In this document: positions 27,096 through 38,447 of the stretch, in pieces
Layout: each line of letters starts with the position of its first letter
How positions within the stretch are numbered: position 1 is the first letter of the stretch
Assembly: GCA_013239625.1 (NCBI GenBank)
Contig: MU054212.1
Location: 2,356,001-2,420,000 of the forward strand
Direction: 5' to 3'
DNA length: 64,000 nt
Source of the DNA: Lama guanicoe
Lineage: Eukaryota
Translations under genes and position numbers: made by a program
Notes under the pieces: generated by a model
What the model saw: the letters and a program-made list of their open reading frames with translations, nothing else
Told to the model about the DNA's origin: nothing
Database searches by the model: none

Positions 27096-27639
27096 GATTT
27101 TTATCATCCAGTGACTATAGGAACTACACTGTATGCCCTTCAGATGCATCAAAGCTCCTAGTTTTTTCTGCAGAGCACAGAACCACCAACAGCAGTTAAC
27201 TTTTCACAAATGCAGCATCTCCTTCTTCCCAGTGAGGCCATGCAAAAGGAAGATGGCAGAACCCAGGACTAGACCCCGCACCTAGAACACGTGAAGAAAG
27301 GGAAGGGAAAATTCTCAGCATCTTTCTTCTCTAGTTCTCCAGTCATGACGTTTCAGGAAAACAGCCCAACAGAAAGAAATCTAATCACAAGGAAAGACAT
27401 CATATTCAGTTCTAAACCGTAACTAGCACATGGATGGCACCTGAAAGCATTAGCACAGCTCTAGTGCAAATCAACTGGGTCTGTGACTGGGTCTGAAAGA
27501 AATTAGACTGAACTCTAAAGAAGTCAGACCATGGGTAAAAAGGAGTTTCAATAAAATGATCTAAAGTTTTCACTAACACAGTAGTCAGTCATCCATACAT
27601 AGTCCACTGAGTTATCAGTTACTTGAGTTACCTCCGGAA

Positions 27640-28125
27640 TGAACAGATCTCTCACGTTCCTTCTCTTTAAAACCTCCTGGGCTCCCCACTGCTCACACTG
27701 CGAAGGCCAAGTCTCCTAGCAGATCTTCCAAGTCCTTCATAGTCTGTCCCTTCCCCACTAATCTAACTTTTTCTCACCCCAAACTCTGGGCAGCCACAGG
27801 GGACTTCAACCATTGCTGGAAAAAAAATGACCTTTACATCCTCACCTCCCACTCCCCTACAAACCCCACTCATTCTAAAGACCAGCCTTCCCTGACCCTC
27901 CAAAAGGAGGCAGTCACTTCCTCCTTTCATTTTGTAACATCTCTATTACTTAAGCGTTCTATTATGATTCCTTACTTTCCATGTCTGTCACATCCACTAG
28001 ACTACGATTTTCCTGAGAACAGGGATTATGACTTATTTTTCTGCACATTTCCAGTGACCAGCATCATTTACAAACTGTCACTATTTTTCTTGAATTAATA
28101 AAGGAATGAAGGAAAGAAAGAATGA
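27640..28125 (+). mobile_element. L2 3' region
   Basis: aaaacctcctgggctccccactgc...ctagactacga...tgagaacagggattatg...gaatgaaggaaagaaagaatg. Confidence 0.7.
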
Positions 28126-30599
28126 GTCTAAGCAGACCCCGAATCTTAGTAGCCTAGCCTATTGAATCCTTGAATCAATTTAGAATCCATAGGTTCTTTT
28201 TAGCTTAATTCAATCTAAGCTGTGTCTGGCATCTCACGCATATTTTTAGTGGTACTTAAATAAAAGAAGCATCTCTCACTCCCTTCAATATAGAAATCTT
28301 CCCTCCAACCTTCTAGCAACCTCTCCACTTCTGTAAATAGCCAAGATTCTCTTCTCAAGCTCCATAAAGCTGACGTTGTTTTTGCCTGTGGTGTAATAGT
28401 TTCTGCCCCTTTCGCTTCTGTTTGTGTTTGTCCTGTCTCCTTCATTACACTTTAAGCCTCTATCTTAAGTGTTGACTTCTTTTGTAATTCACCCCAGTGT
28501 ACAAAATACACACAGATGACTGACTGCCATATTAGTACATAATGTTTGATAATTTTACTGAAATTCCTTTTTACTCATGGTCTGATTTCTTTAGGGTTTA
28601 GCCTAATTTCTTCCAGCTTCTGGTCTGCAGACCCATGTTGATTTGCATTATGGCTGTATTAATGCTTTTGAATGCCATCCATGTGCTAGAGGCTGTTTAG
28701 AACTAAATAAAATGTCTTGCCCTAGTGATTTGTTTTCTTTCAACTTGGCAGATTTGTGTGACCCCTGTGTTTCTAGGAGCTGAAATTGTCAAGACTCTTT
28801 TAATGCACCTCTTTGTTCGGGCAATCGCATGCCTGGTGGCTTTGAGAATAGCTGTCGTTCAGAGAATAGCATTTGTAGACACAACTGCTGCTGAAAAGGG
28901 AAACTCTATACACAGACTATTTCACTGGGAACAAGGCAGCCAAAAGAGCGACTATTGTTCTCCATTAAAAGACATAAACGAAACCTGGTGTATTAATTTG
29001 ATCCGGAACATGATGCAGCGTCTTCCTCTAAATCTGGACATGATTGCATCTATGTCGTCCACATCAGTGCAGTTCTGATCCCAGTCAGTGTTTGTGATCA
29101 CCCCCCAAGGCATCCAGTGTAGGAAAGATCTGGCCCCTGCTTCAATGAACTTCCAAGATGGCTTTGAGTAAACAGCACTAGCCACAGTGTGAAACTCCTC
29201 AGGTCCCTGTTACACTCCGGAGTGTCGTAAGCTCAGGCAATCTCGGCACTGTAAAAACCACAGACAGCTACGATCCAAAAGAACTAGAGGCTTAGGATAC
29301 TTATTTGAAACTTGGACTTGTGCCACTACAGTTTAACAAAAGTTGGAGACCGAGAGGGCACATCTGTCCCTCTCCTGCCAGTGAAATACGGTTCCTCAGT
29401 GCATTTGTTTACAGCTATGTTCGAACTACTGAGGGACCAAATTTAAGGTATTTGCCACTTTTGCTACACTGAATCTCCTGGCTCAACTGAATGTGCCAAA
29501 GCTCTTGTCACGTGACAGACACATTAAAAAAAAAAAACCTGAAATTCAGCTGCCTGTTTTTTCTTTTTAGAGCATTTGTCTAACATACAATTCTAGAATA
29601 GTTTATTTCAAAAACTATGGACCAAAAAAAAAAAAACACACAAATGTATGTCTTAATGTTTTACTTAAAAATAGAATAAATAACAGGTAGGAAAAAAATT
29701 CAAGCCAACCTTATAGTTTAGTTATTTACCTTCCTTCTCCTGAAATTATGCTGTTAGAGGAATCCACTACAGATTCCAAGAAAACTCAGAAAGTAATCAT
29801 TTAAAAAATCAAATATATACAGGTTCAAAGGATCAGGAAAAAAAATTTTGAGGAAGAAGTTTTAAGGACAGACACATTTAGGAAAGGTAAATTCCAAAAG
29901 CAAGATTTATGTCTCTAAAAATTAATTCCAAAGTAAATAAGAAGGGAAATTTACTGATCAAAATAGGAGCAATAAAAGAAATGGAAAAACAATAATTAAG
30001 TAAGAACACAGATAAACTAGAAAATCTTCTAAAGGTAAAAAAAAAATCAGAAAATATTTACATCTTTGCTAATTTGATAAGAAAAATATCTGCCATCATT
30101 TTAATTTGCATTTACTTGCTCACCAGTGAAATTAAACATTTTCCCATGTATTTTCTAACCAATCCATTTCCTCTTTTGCAAATTGTTTATTAATGATTAC
30201 TTATCTATTGCTTTTCTTATCAATTTGAGTTTTCTCTACAGTAAAGATTATTATATTTATTATGCCTGGGACATCTCCACCAAATGACATAGTTATAAGA
30301 CATAGATATATATACATTTAAATACCTATTTAATTATAAATGTATATATAATGAACTTTAATTCTGATCCATTTTTCATACTAAATAATATGAGAATAAA
30401 TATTTTGGAGACTGAGATTCCAGATGGGTTTACTACGTCTTAAATTTTTAGTAAATGTTTATGTGGCAGCCAGTTGAGGTTAGTAGCATCAGTATCTGGG
30501 AAACTGGTTGTGTCCTCAGGACACCGGAAAGTGGTGGGCCCAACCAAATGGAGCTTGTTGGGCAAGAGCCGTGTCAGTAAAAGCCATGGGCAACTTGGA

Positions 30600-31150
30600 G
30601 GACCTGGGAGAAACTGACAACGTCCAGTCATGGCAGAAGAATTTGAGAGCCATAGTGACTGACAGCCTTATCTTGAATTCTCATTGTAAGTCTAAAAGCA
30701 AACACTGAATACAGGATCCCTGCAATATCCTTGTTATAGTCAGTGCTGAGTCACATTCTTAAATCCTATTTCATTCATTCTGTTCTTCATTTAACCAACA
30801 ACTACTGGATCCATACTACATGCCAGACTCTGGGCAAGGCCGTGGGTACGTATTGCTCCATTAGATAATCGAAATCTCTGTCCTGCTGGGAATGAGACAG
30901 ACAATAAACAAATACGCAATGAATGAATAATACAAATTGTGGTAAGTGGTATGAAATGGTACAGTGATTAAAAATAACACGGCCAACTACATACATAATA
31001 CACACACATATAATGCCAAAAAGTAGAAAATAAGACTTGTGAGAAAAGGCTTAGGGAAGGGATATTCTTTCACCTGGAGAAGAAGTGGGAGAAGAACCAA
31101 AAACAAAACCAAAATGCTCCTGAAGAACTCAGAGGGTTATCCTTGTCCAC
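30600..31150 (+). mobile_element. L3/CR1 fragment interrupted by a reverse L2 tail (~30770-30970)
   Basis: CR1-like aaaagcaaacac and ttcacctggagaagaag; L2 ttcattcattc...tactacatgccagactctggg. Confidence 0.45.
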
Positions 31151-32855
31151 TGACGATGCCCAAGATAAAATGGATGCAATTAGTAATATATTACATTTGT
31201 CAGCTATGTAGTTTTAAAAATATCCTCAAAAAACATAAAGGTTAAAATGTTTCTCCTCTGATAGTATTTTAAAAGGGGAGTTTCCCTTTTATCTGAGATC
31301 AGCTTCCCAAATGTTCAGAGAAGAACAAATCGTTATAAAATGTCTGCCAGCTCGGGGTCTACTTTCCTCTGAGTTCCTCCTAGTTTTTCCTTCTTTCCCT
31401 CCGCCCCTTTGAACAATTACTACAAGCAGCCCCTGAGCAGGAAAAAGCCTGTGTGAACATCGTGTGGTAAGCTGCTTCTGCTCTGACCTCTCCGGGTCCC
31501 AGGGTCTGGATTGCAAGTTTCAGTTGTTTCTATTCTATTCAAATATCCTGCTTTAATCTCAAAAATTTCCTTAACTTGGAATTCTGTAGAGGCAACCAAT
31601 GATTAGCTAAAAAATAATGAAGCCACACTGGAGTAAACAACAACTGAAGTGTACATATTTATCACCTTGTTATTCCTACATATGTATATTGTTAGATATG
31701 GCTGTGGTGAATGGATATATGATTTTGGGACTTCCTCCCCAATTGTGGTATTAAAAGGTGACACACATTGACATTCCTATGAGGTGCATTAGTGTGCAGT
31801 GATAGGACATGAAAGGAGGGAAGTCCCATTTTAAAGATGAGAAAACTGAAGTTATAAGATTGCTTTACTGAAGGTTTGAAGTGATTCAAAGCAAGGAACA
31901 GATTTTAGATGTCATTCTCAAAGCTCCAGCATCTAAACAAAGTGGATGAATGAATGCCCATTTCCAGCTGGCATGGAGAGTCTACAGGGTTTAGGGGCTG
32001 GAAATCTGCTTTAAAAATTCTAAAGCAAAAATCCTTTCAAAAATATAGTCACAGCACACTAATTAATGTGCTCTGGTGTCCCTCCGTTTCAGCCACCTCG
32101 AGAGCCTGAGATTGTTAGAACCACTTATCCTTGCTTGGCAGTGTTCGCCCATAAGAATGGGGGCCCTGGCGGTCTTTCTGACAAGCCAAGGCATAGATGT
32201 GTGTCTGCTGACATGAAAAGGACCCTTCTGTGAAATGTATTTAACAGTTAGTGTTTCATTAAAGGGTCTAGTGTTTTATTCTTTCTCTATCCATCTCTTC
32301 CCAGTCATATCCCTTTTTTAAAAAAATCAAGGCCACCTTCCAGGGCTGCTACCAGTCCCATATTTAGTAATTTTAAATGAGTTCTCCACTGTAATTTAAA
32401 AGATAACTCATTCCTATTTCCAACATTTAATGTATTTTCTCTTTTTTTTCTGAAAGCAATATACGTGTGTAATTAATAAACAATTTAGTATGTTGAGGAA
32501 TCTAGGAACTTGGCAAATGTTCTGGGGATATGAAATCTCAAGAAAAGCAGCACATTATAAGAAATAGTAAGTAATTACTTATGTAAGCTTTCTTTTTAAA
32601 TTCTAAGAACATTAACTACTAATTACCTACTAATTACCAGCACTTCCGCAGGTGTTTGCACTTAACTGTAGGCTAAAGCCCCTGTGAAAAACAAACCTTT
32701 CATGGCCTCTCTCAAGATCAAAGCTGAATCCCACCAGACCTCCACGGCTTCGGCAAAACTGGTTACAAGCCAAGTTGTTCACCTCTTGGTAGTGTAAGGT
32801 GAAAAAAGTAAATTCTTGTTTGTCGGTTTGCCTTTCTTTTTTTGCCCAAATGCAG

Positions 32856-32902
32856 TCCGTCATCAGCTAGTGAGAAGGACTGGCTTGAAGGGCCGCGTCA
32901 AG
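32856..32902 (+). other. Candidate 47-nt internal exon (unknown transcript)
   Basis: Acceptor ttgcctttctttttttgcccaaatgcag| and donor AAG|gtacgt, in repeat-free CpG-retaining sequence. Confidence 0.3.
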
Positions 32903-33446
32903 GTACGTGGGGTTATATTCAAACTATGACAAAGAGGTCTTAATACATCTGTCTTGTTCCTGTGGCTGAAGCAGCCCTCTGCCTGTGAGGGAGCACCATC
33001 GCATTTTTATTCCTGGAATTTGCAAAAAGTGTGTGCTTATCTCACTGCTTTCCATCTCCTTATCTGCATATGAATGTACTCTTTAAGATCCCTTCCAACT
33101 TACAAAGTGTGGGATTCGCTGATCCTCTGCTTCTCAAAATTTTAGAACTCAAGCCATGTGACATTCACATAAGACCCAGGATTGCTTACAACTCAGAAGG
33201 TCCCCCACCTGGAGGATGCAGTTCTCCACAGTCACAGACAAAGTCAACGCACATCTCACAAGAGCTAACAGTTTCTTCTTCAAGACACCTCAGCCATGCC
33301 AGCATCGCCCCTTGTTGGTAATGAGGAGTGTAGAAACCAAAATGTGGTGTCTGACAGCACAAAATCCACCTTAGATCTACCATCAGGCAGTCAGCTCTGC
33401 TAGGACATGTTCTGAAACAGCCCATGTCTCTCACTTTGTACTCTCT

Positions 33447-33900
33447 GTGTTAGTTTCCTGGGGCTGCCAGAACAAATCCCCACAAGCTGGGTGGCTTCAA
33501 AGAGTAGACATTTAGTCTCTCACAGTTCTGGAGTCCAGAAGTAAGAAACTGACTGTATCAGCAGGACCCTGTTCCTTCCAGATGCTCCAGAGGAGAATTT
33601 GTTCCTTGCTTCCTCTCTGCTTTGGATGCCTCCAAGCGTTTCTTGGCTTGTGTCTGCATCACTCTAGTCTCTACCATCATCAAGTTATACTTCCTCTTCT
33701 GTTAAATCTGCCCCCTGAGTGGCCCTTATAAGGACACTTGTCACTAGATTTAGGGTCTGCTCTGATAATCCAGGATGATCTCATCTCAAGATTAAGTGAG
33801 TTACATCTTCAAAGTCACTTTTCCCAAAGAAGAGTATATAGAGGGTCTAGGGATTTAGAGGTGGACATCTCCATTGGGGTGTCACGATTAAACCCACCGC
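33447..33900 (-). mobile_element. MLT1 (A-D type) solo LTR
   Basis: tgtgttagtttcctggggctgccagaacaaa...ctcacagttctggagtccagaag...cttataaggacacttgtca...taatccaggatgatctcatctcaagat. Confidence 0.88.
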
Positions 33901-35789
33901 AATCCCCTAAAAGGTCTCTCCTCTAGTAATTTATTTATTCAACAAATTACATGGAGCCCTACAATATTTTAGGCACTATTCTGGGTAGAGATAAATCCAT
34001 GAACACAGACAAAGTCTCTTCCCTCATATAGCTTATATATTATAATCCTTTCCTTACCCTGTTTGTTTTTTCCATCCATTTCAGATATACACATTTTCTT
34101 AGAATCTGCAATGTACAATTGATATTCAAAACACACAACTTTGGGAAATCTAGTTAAATCATAGCATGTGTGCAGGTTGGGGAAACAGAAGACGTGCATG
34201 AAAAGTTTCTTTTCAAGTTTTCAAGAGAACAAGAAAAGAGAAAAGCATAATGTGCAAATTTTATAAATTCATTTTACAGTGTAATTGAAATGCCAAAAGA
34301 TTGAAGAATTCAATGCTGATGAAGAGACGGATATTAGTGCAGTGAAGAACAGCTCTGTCTTTGTCAGACGGCCGTCTTTTATATGTCACAAGCTGTCACT
34401 TTCTATTGCGTTTCAACTGACTAATTACCTCAGTTTATTAAAACTGAATATGACTTCACATATTTTACTTTTCAAGCCTTCAAGTGCTTCTGTTTTCAAG
34501 AGCCATTACCTAAAGATACATCCCACTTTTCTGGGGTTTCTCAGGTAAGGAAATGAGTGCGCCAGTCTAGATGGGTGTCAGCAGGTTCTGGACAGCCCAA
34601 GTTGAGGGGAATTGATCTGCTGGCTACTGTGTATGATTGTGGTCGTTAGTCAGAGGTGAGGCAGACAAGTCCTGTATCCGTTAGGGAAGAGGTGGGGAGG
34701 CAGACTGGACCAGCATGAGTGAAAACTATGCCCCTAATGGAGAGCTACTTTCCGATCAGACATAATGACCAGAGGTAATCAAAGGACGGGACCATAAATT
34801 AATTATGCTGCCGTGTGTGAGAGCTACCTCAACTGCAAATAATACACTTACATTTTAAAAGTTCATTGGGTCCTGGTGGGGTGGAGGGATGGTTCTTGGT
34901 GGCGATGTTGTTTTGTGTGTGTGTGTTTGCAGGGGACTGTGGGTTGTTGTTTCCTTTTTCATCTGGAACCATACTGGAGTGTACTTACAGGTGTGATGGA
35001 TGGGGTCATGTCAGAGGAAGTCTGAGCCAGCCTCAGATTCATCATTCTGCAATTATATCCATGTGATTACAGATTTTAAGGGAGCCACCATCAGAAAAGC
35101 AGATTCTAGAAATGAGTAATTAGGACTTTGATCTCCTACATGGTTGCAGCAGCCGTTCAAATTTCATTTGGATTGTACCTAATAACACACTGGAAAGAAG
35201 CAGAGGCGGCACTTATCACTTTCAAAAGGAATACTGAATCTAGACTTTCAAAGTGCAGACCTGCTGATGACATGGTCATTTCTTGGCCAGACAGGTAATG
35301 TAGTAGGTGGGTGACGGGAAATTCTCAGTAATGTTTTCGTCAATTGCCAGAGGTAGTCAGTATTTGTGGAAAAAAACAAACAACAATACTTTGGGAAGTC
35401 ACGTAGATGTGGGGAGCTGGCAAAGAACAAAACGCCCAATCACAGAGGAAAATGCCACTTATCCTCAGCTCTAGTTACAAATGCAAGAACAGAAGGCTCA
35501 GGAAAGGGAAGGCGCTTGTTTTTTCCTTAGCAGACTCATACTGTTTATTAAGAAAGGTAGTTATTGTATGCTTTTCCATGGTCACTCTTGCTATCTTGCT
35601 CCAATCAGAATAGGTCAACGTCTCAAAGACTGGAAGGGAACAGGCACCAAACCCAGGATGCAGCCTCACCTCTGGCCAGCAGTGTGATGTGGCTGACTGC
35701 TTCTCCTGAGCCAAAGCCTTCTCCAGAGCCTGGAAGTGCTTTCCTGTCCAACACAAGGTTGCAGCCCAAGCAAAGGCTGTACTTGCCCT

Positions 35790-35900
35790 GAGCACTGGGT
35801 TCTTAACAAAATGAACTAATGTTTTAAAAATCAGGATATCTGCCCATAACAATCTGGATTTGCAGCATTTGGGGAAAAATCTTCAGCTCTAACCCCATTG
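35790..35900. mobile_element. hAT-type DNA transposon fragment
   Basis: ttttaaaaatcaggatatctgcccataacaatctggatttgcagc resembles MER102/Charlie-type MITEs. Confidence 0.4.
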
Positions 35901-36991
35901 AGCCAAAACGCCCACAGAACCACAATCAGTGGAGCTAAAAGGCAGCTGCCCTTCTACCCAGGACAAATGCACTTAGCTGCTGCAACCCCCACTCCCAACA
36001 TCTCACTTAGGGATGTTCCTGGCCTGGCCCCAGCAGGCTTCTGAAGTTACAAAGGCTGCATATATTTGGTGGCCCTCAAAGGCCTCACCATGTCCCTCTT
36101 CACATACTCTTTCTACGATGTGCCTCACCCGACTTTTCCATTCCAGATGCACCAGCCCCTGCTTTGCCTTTGCAGACCTGCCCGCCAGAGGCACACACAA
36201 TCTCTCGTCTCAGAACCCTGGGCGCCTACAGCATTCACCATTGTTGCTGGAGACTTTCTCACTGACAAACTGTATTTTCCAACTAAAATTGTACTTGAAT
36301 CCCAATGTGTTAAACAGATCAAAGACTAGCTACCCTGCTTGTGTCTGGGGGACCAGAATCCTGCCTCCTTCTTGCTCCCTCAACCACTAGTTACAAGACC
36401 CTCAAATAGCCCCTGAGGCATCTTGGTGGAACCCCCTAAACCTCCCCAAACATTGATGTGTCTTTCATCAGCATCTTTTATATACTGCTCCATAATATTA
36501 GTTACCTGATATATATTCTGTTCTCATAAGTAGATCGTTCCAAAAGAATTCTACCTGATGCTTATATTCCACAATGCATTTTTGCATGTAGAGTATTTGA
36601 AATAAAGCTTGGTTGACTTTTTCTTTGCCATGTTTTGGGGTAGCCATGACACCTTAGTAAGGAAAACTTAAAGTTCTCTTCCCAACAGAACCTACTGCTA
36701 AATATCACTGCACAAATAATAACACCGAGATAGCATCCAAGGCAGGAAGAGGACGCCACCTCATTTGCTCACTTATAGGGAGGGCCTGGATCCATCTCTC
36801 ACACCGAGGTCCAGCACCACCTGAGAAGCATAAAATAATGACTGCAGGAACAGGAAAAATAAATGCACCACTGTGTGGGTAACGTTCAGTTTCCAGCTCT
36901 GGTTGTTGCTTATTTGAGTTGTTCAATTCGTGGAAATTCATAGAGCTCCCCACTTACAAATTGCACAATTTTCTGTATAAATGTTTTATTC

Positions 36992-37046
36992 GAAAAGAAA
37001 AGAAAAGAAAAGAAAAGAAAAGAAAAGAAAAGAAAAGAAAAGAAAA
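36992..37046. repeat. (GAAAA)11 pentanucleotide repeat
   Basis: direct reading. Confidence 0.97.
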
Positions 37047-37942
37047 GAGAGACAATGGAGTGTGAATCTTTCATATAATTTTTCCTAGATCGAGACACCT
37101 GTGTTGCACCCTGGACTTCCCTGTGCTCACAGCAGGGACTGGATTTGCTCACATGTGTATCACCAATGTCTAACTCAAGATTCGCTGTATAGTGAGGGAC
37201 AGCAGGTTCTGGCTGGATAAGTGAACGTGGCCTTGGGATAGCTCAGTATAGCAAGAACTGGTTCACTGCTGGCTCCACCTATCTCTTTATAATCCAAGTA
37301 TCTACACAACCAGTTGCCAGTTGCTGGCTCTCCATAATACTGACCTCCCTCCCTAGGAAAAGACAGGGGAAAGAGCCCTATCCTAGGCCTGTTCTGTTGT
37401 AGATCCTTGTCCTAGACCCTGACAAGCACCAGACACTGCACAAGGAGCCAGGAAGACAGAGACTGACACAACTGTTTTTTGGAGGAATCAGCTATTATAG
37501 ACACAAGTTGTCAGAGCTATGGGGTATCTGTCATAGGACCTACAAACAAAGCACCATGGGAACAGCTCTTACCTCTATCTAAAGTGATCCTGGAAATTGT
37601 CCCAGAAGACGACATGTGACCTGGATAAGGTTTTACCAAGTGAAGATTTCAGTTTTTGTTACTCATTATTTATGTTGTAAATGGTTTCCCATTCTTCTCA
37701 AAAATGCTTCCTTCTGACTCTTCCAGAGAAAGAGAAAAGTCATCTGGCTCTTCTCCAAATCTAGCTCAGAATTGTACTGCCGTCATTTGAAAATGTTCTA
37801 GCCTATCTTAACCACCAACTTCTGATTGGTGAACGTATTTGAAAAAAAAACTACTCTACATTTTATCATTTGGGAGAAAGCATGATTTCAAACAGGTCAA
37901 TAGTCTACTATTTCAGCAATATACATTCAAAGGAAAGGTACA

Positions 37943-38447
37943 GTAAGCAGAATAATAGTCCCCCAAAGATATCCGTGGCCTAATCCCACAAAATCTGTGA
38001 ACATGATAATGATGTTCACATCATTATGGTGCAAGGACTTTGTAGGTGGAGTTAAATTTACAGGTCTTCAGATAGGCAGATTATCCTGGATTACCTGGGT
38101 GGGCCCAATGTAATCACAGGAGCCCTTCAAAGCATAGGGAGAAGAAGGAGTAAGAGAAATATGAAGTATAAGAAGGACCCAATGTGCTACTGCTGGCTTT
38201 GAAGGTGGGGGCCACGTGTCAAAGGAATGACGGACTCAGTCTAACACACAAGGCCACAGGCATTGGAGCAAAGCTGCTGTCTCAACCAGCTGAATGTCAC
38301 CAAGTGACCTCAATCAATGCCATGAGCAGGAGAGTCGTGCAGCCAAACCTTGCCCTAATTCCCCAACACAAAGCTGTGAGGTCTGAGAAATTAGCTGTTG
38401 TTTTAAGCTACTCAACATTGCGGGTAGACTGTGATGCACAATTGACA
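37943..38447 (+). mobile_element. MLT1 (E/F-like) solo LTR
   Basis: gcagaataatagtcccccaaagat...agattatcctggattacctgggtgggcccaatgtaatcaca...tgttgttttaagc. Confidence 0.8.

Noticed and set aside
34315..34425. Possible C/D snoRNA (TGATGA ... CTGA)
   Set aside because: No convincing terminal stem or recognisable rRNA guide; these boxes occur often by chance
37236..37279. gggatagctcagt, a tRNA/SINE A-box-like start
   Set aside because: No proper B box, cloverleaf or tail; too short
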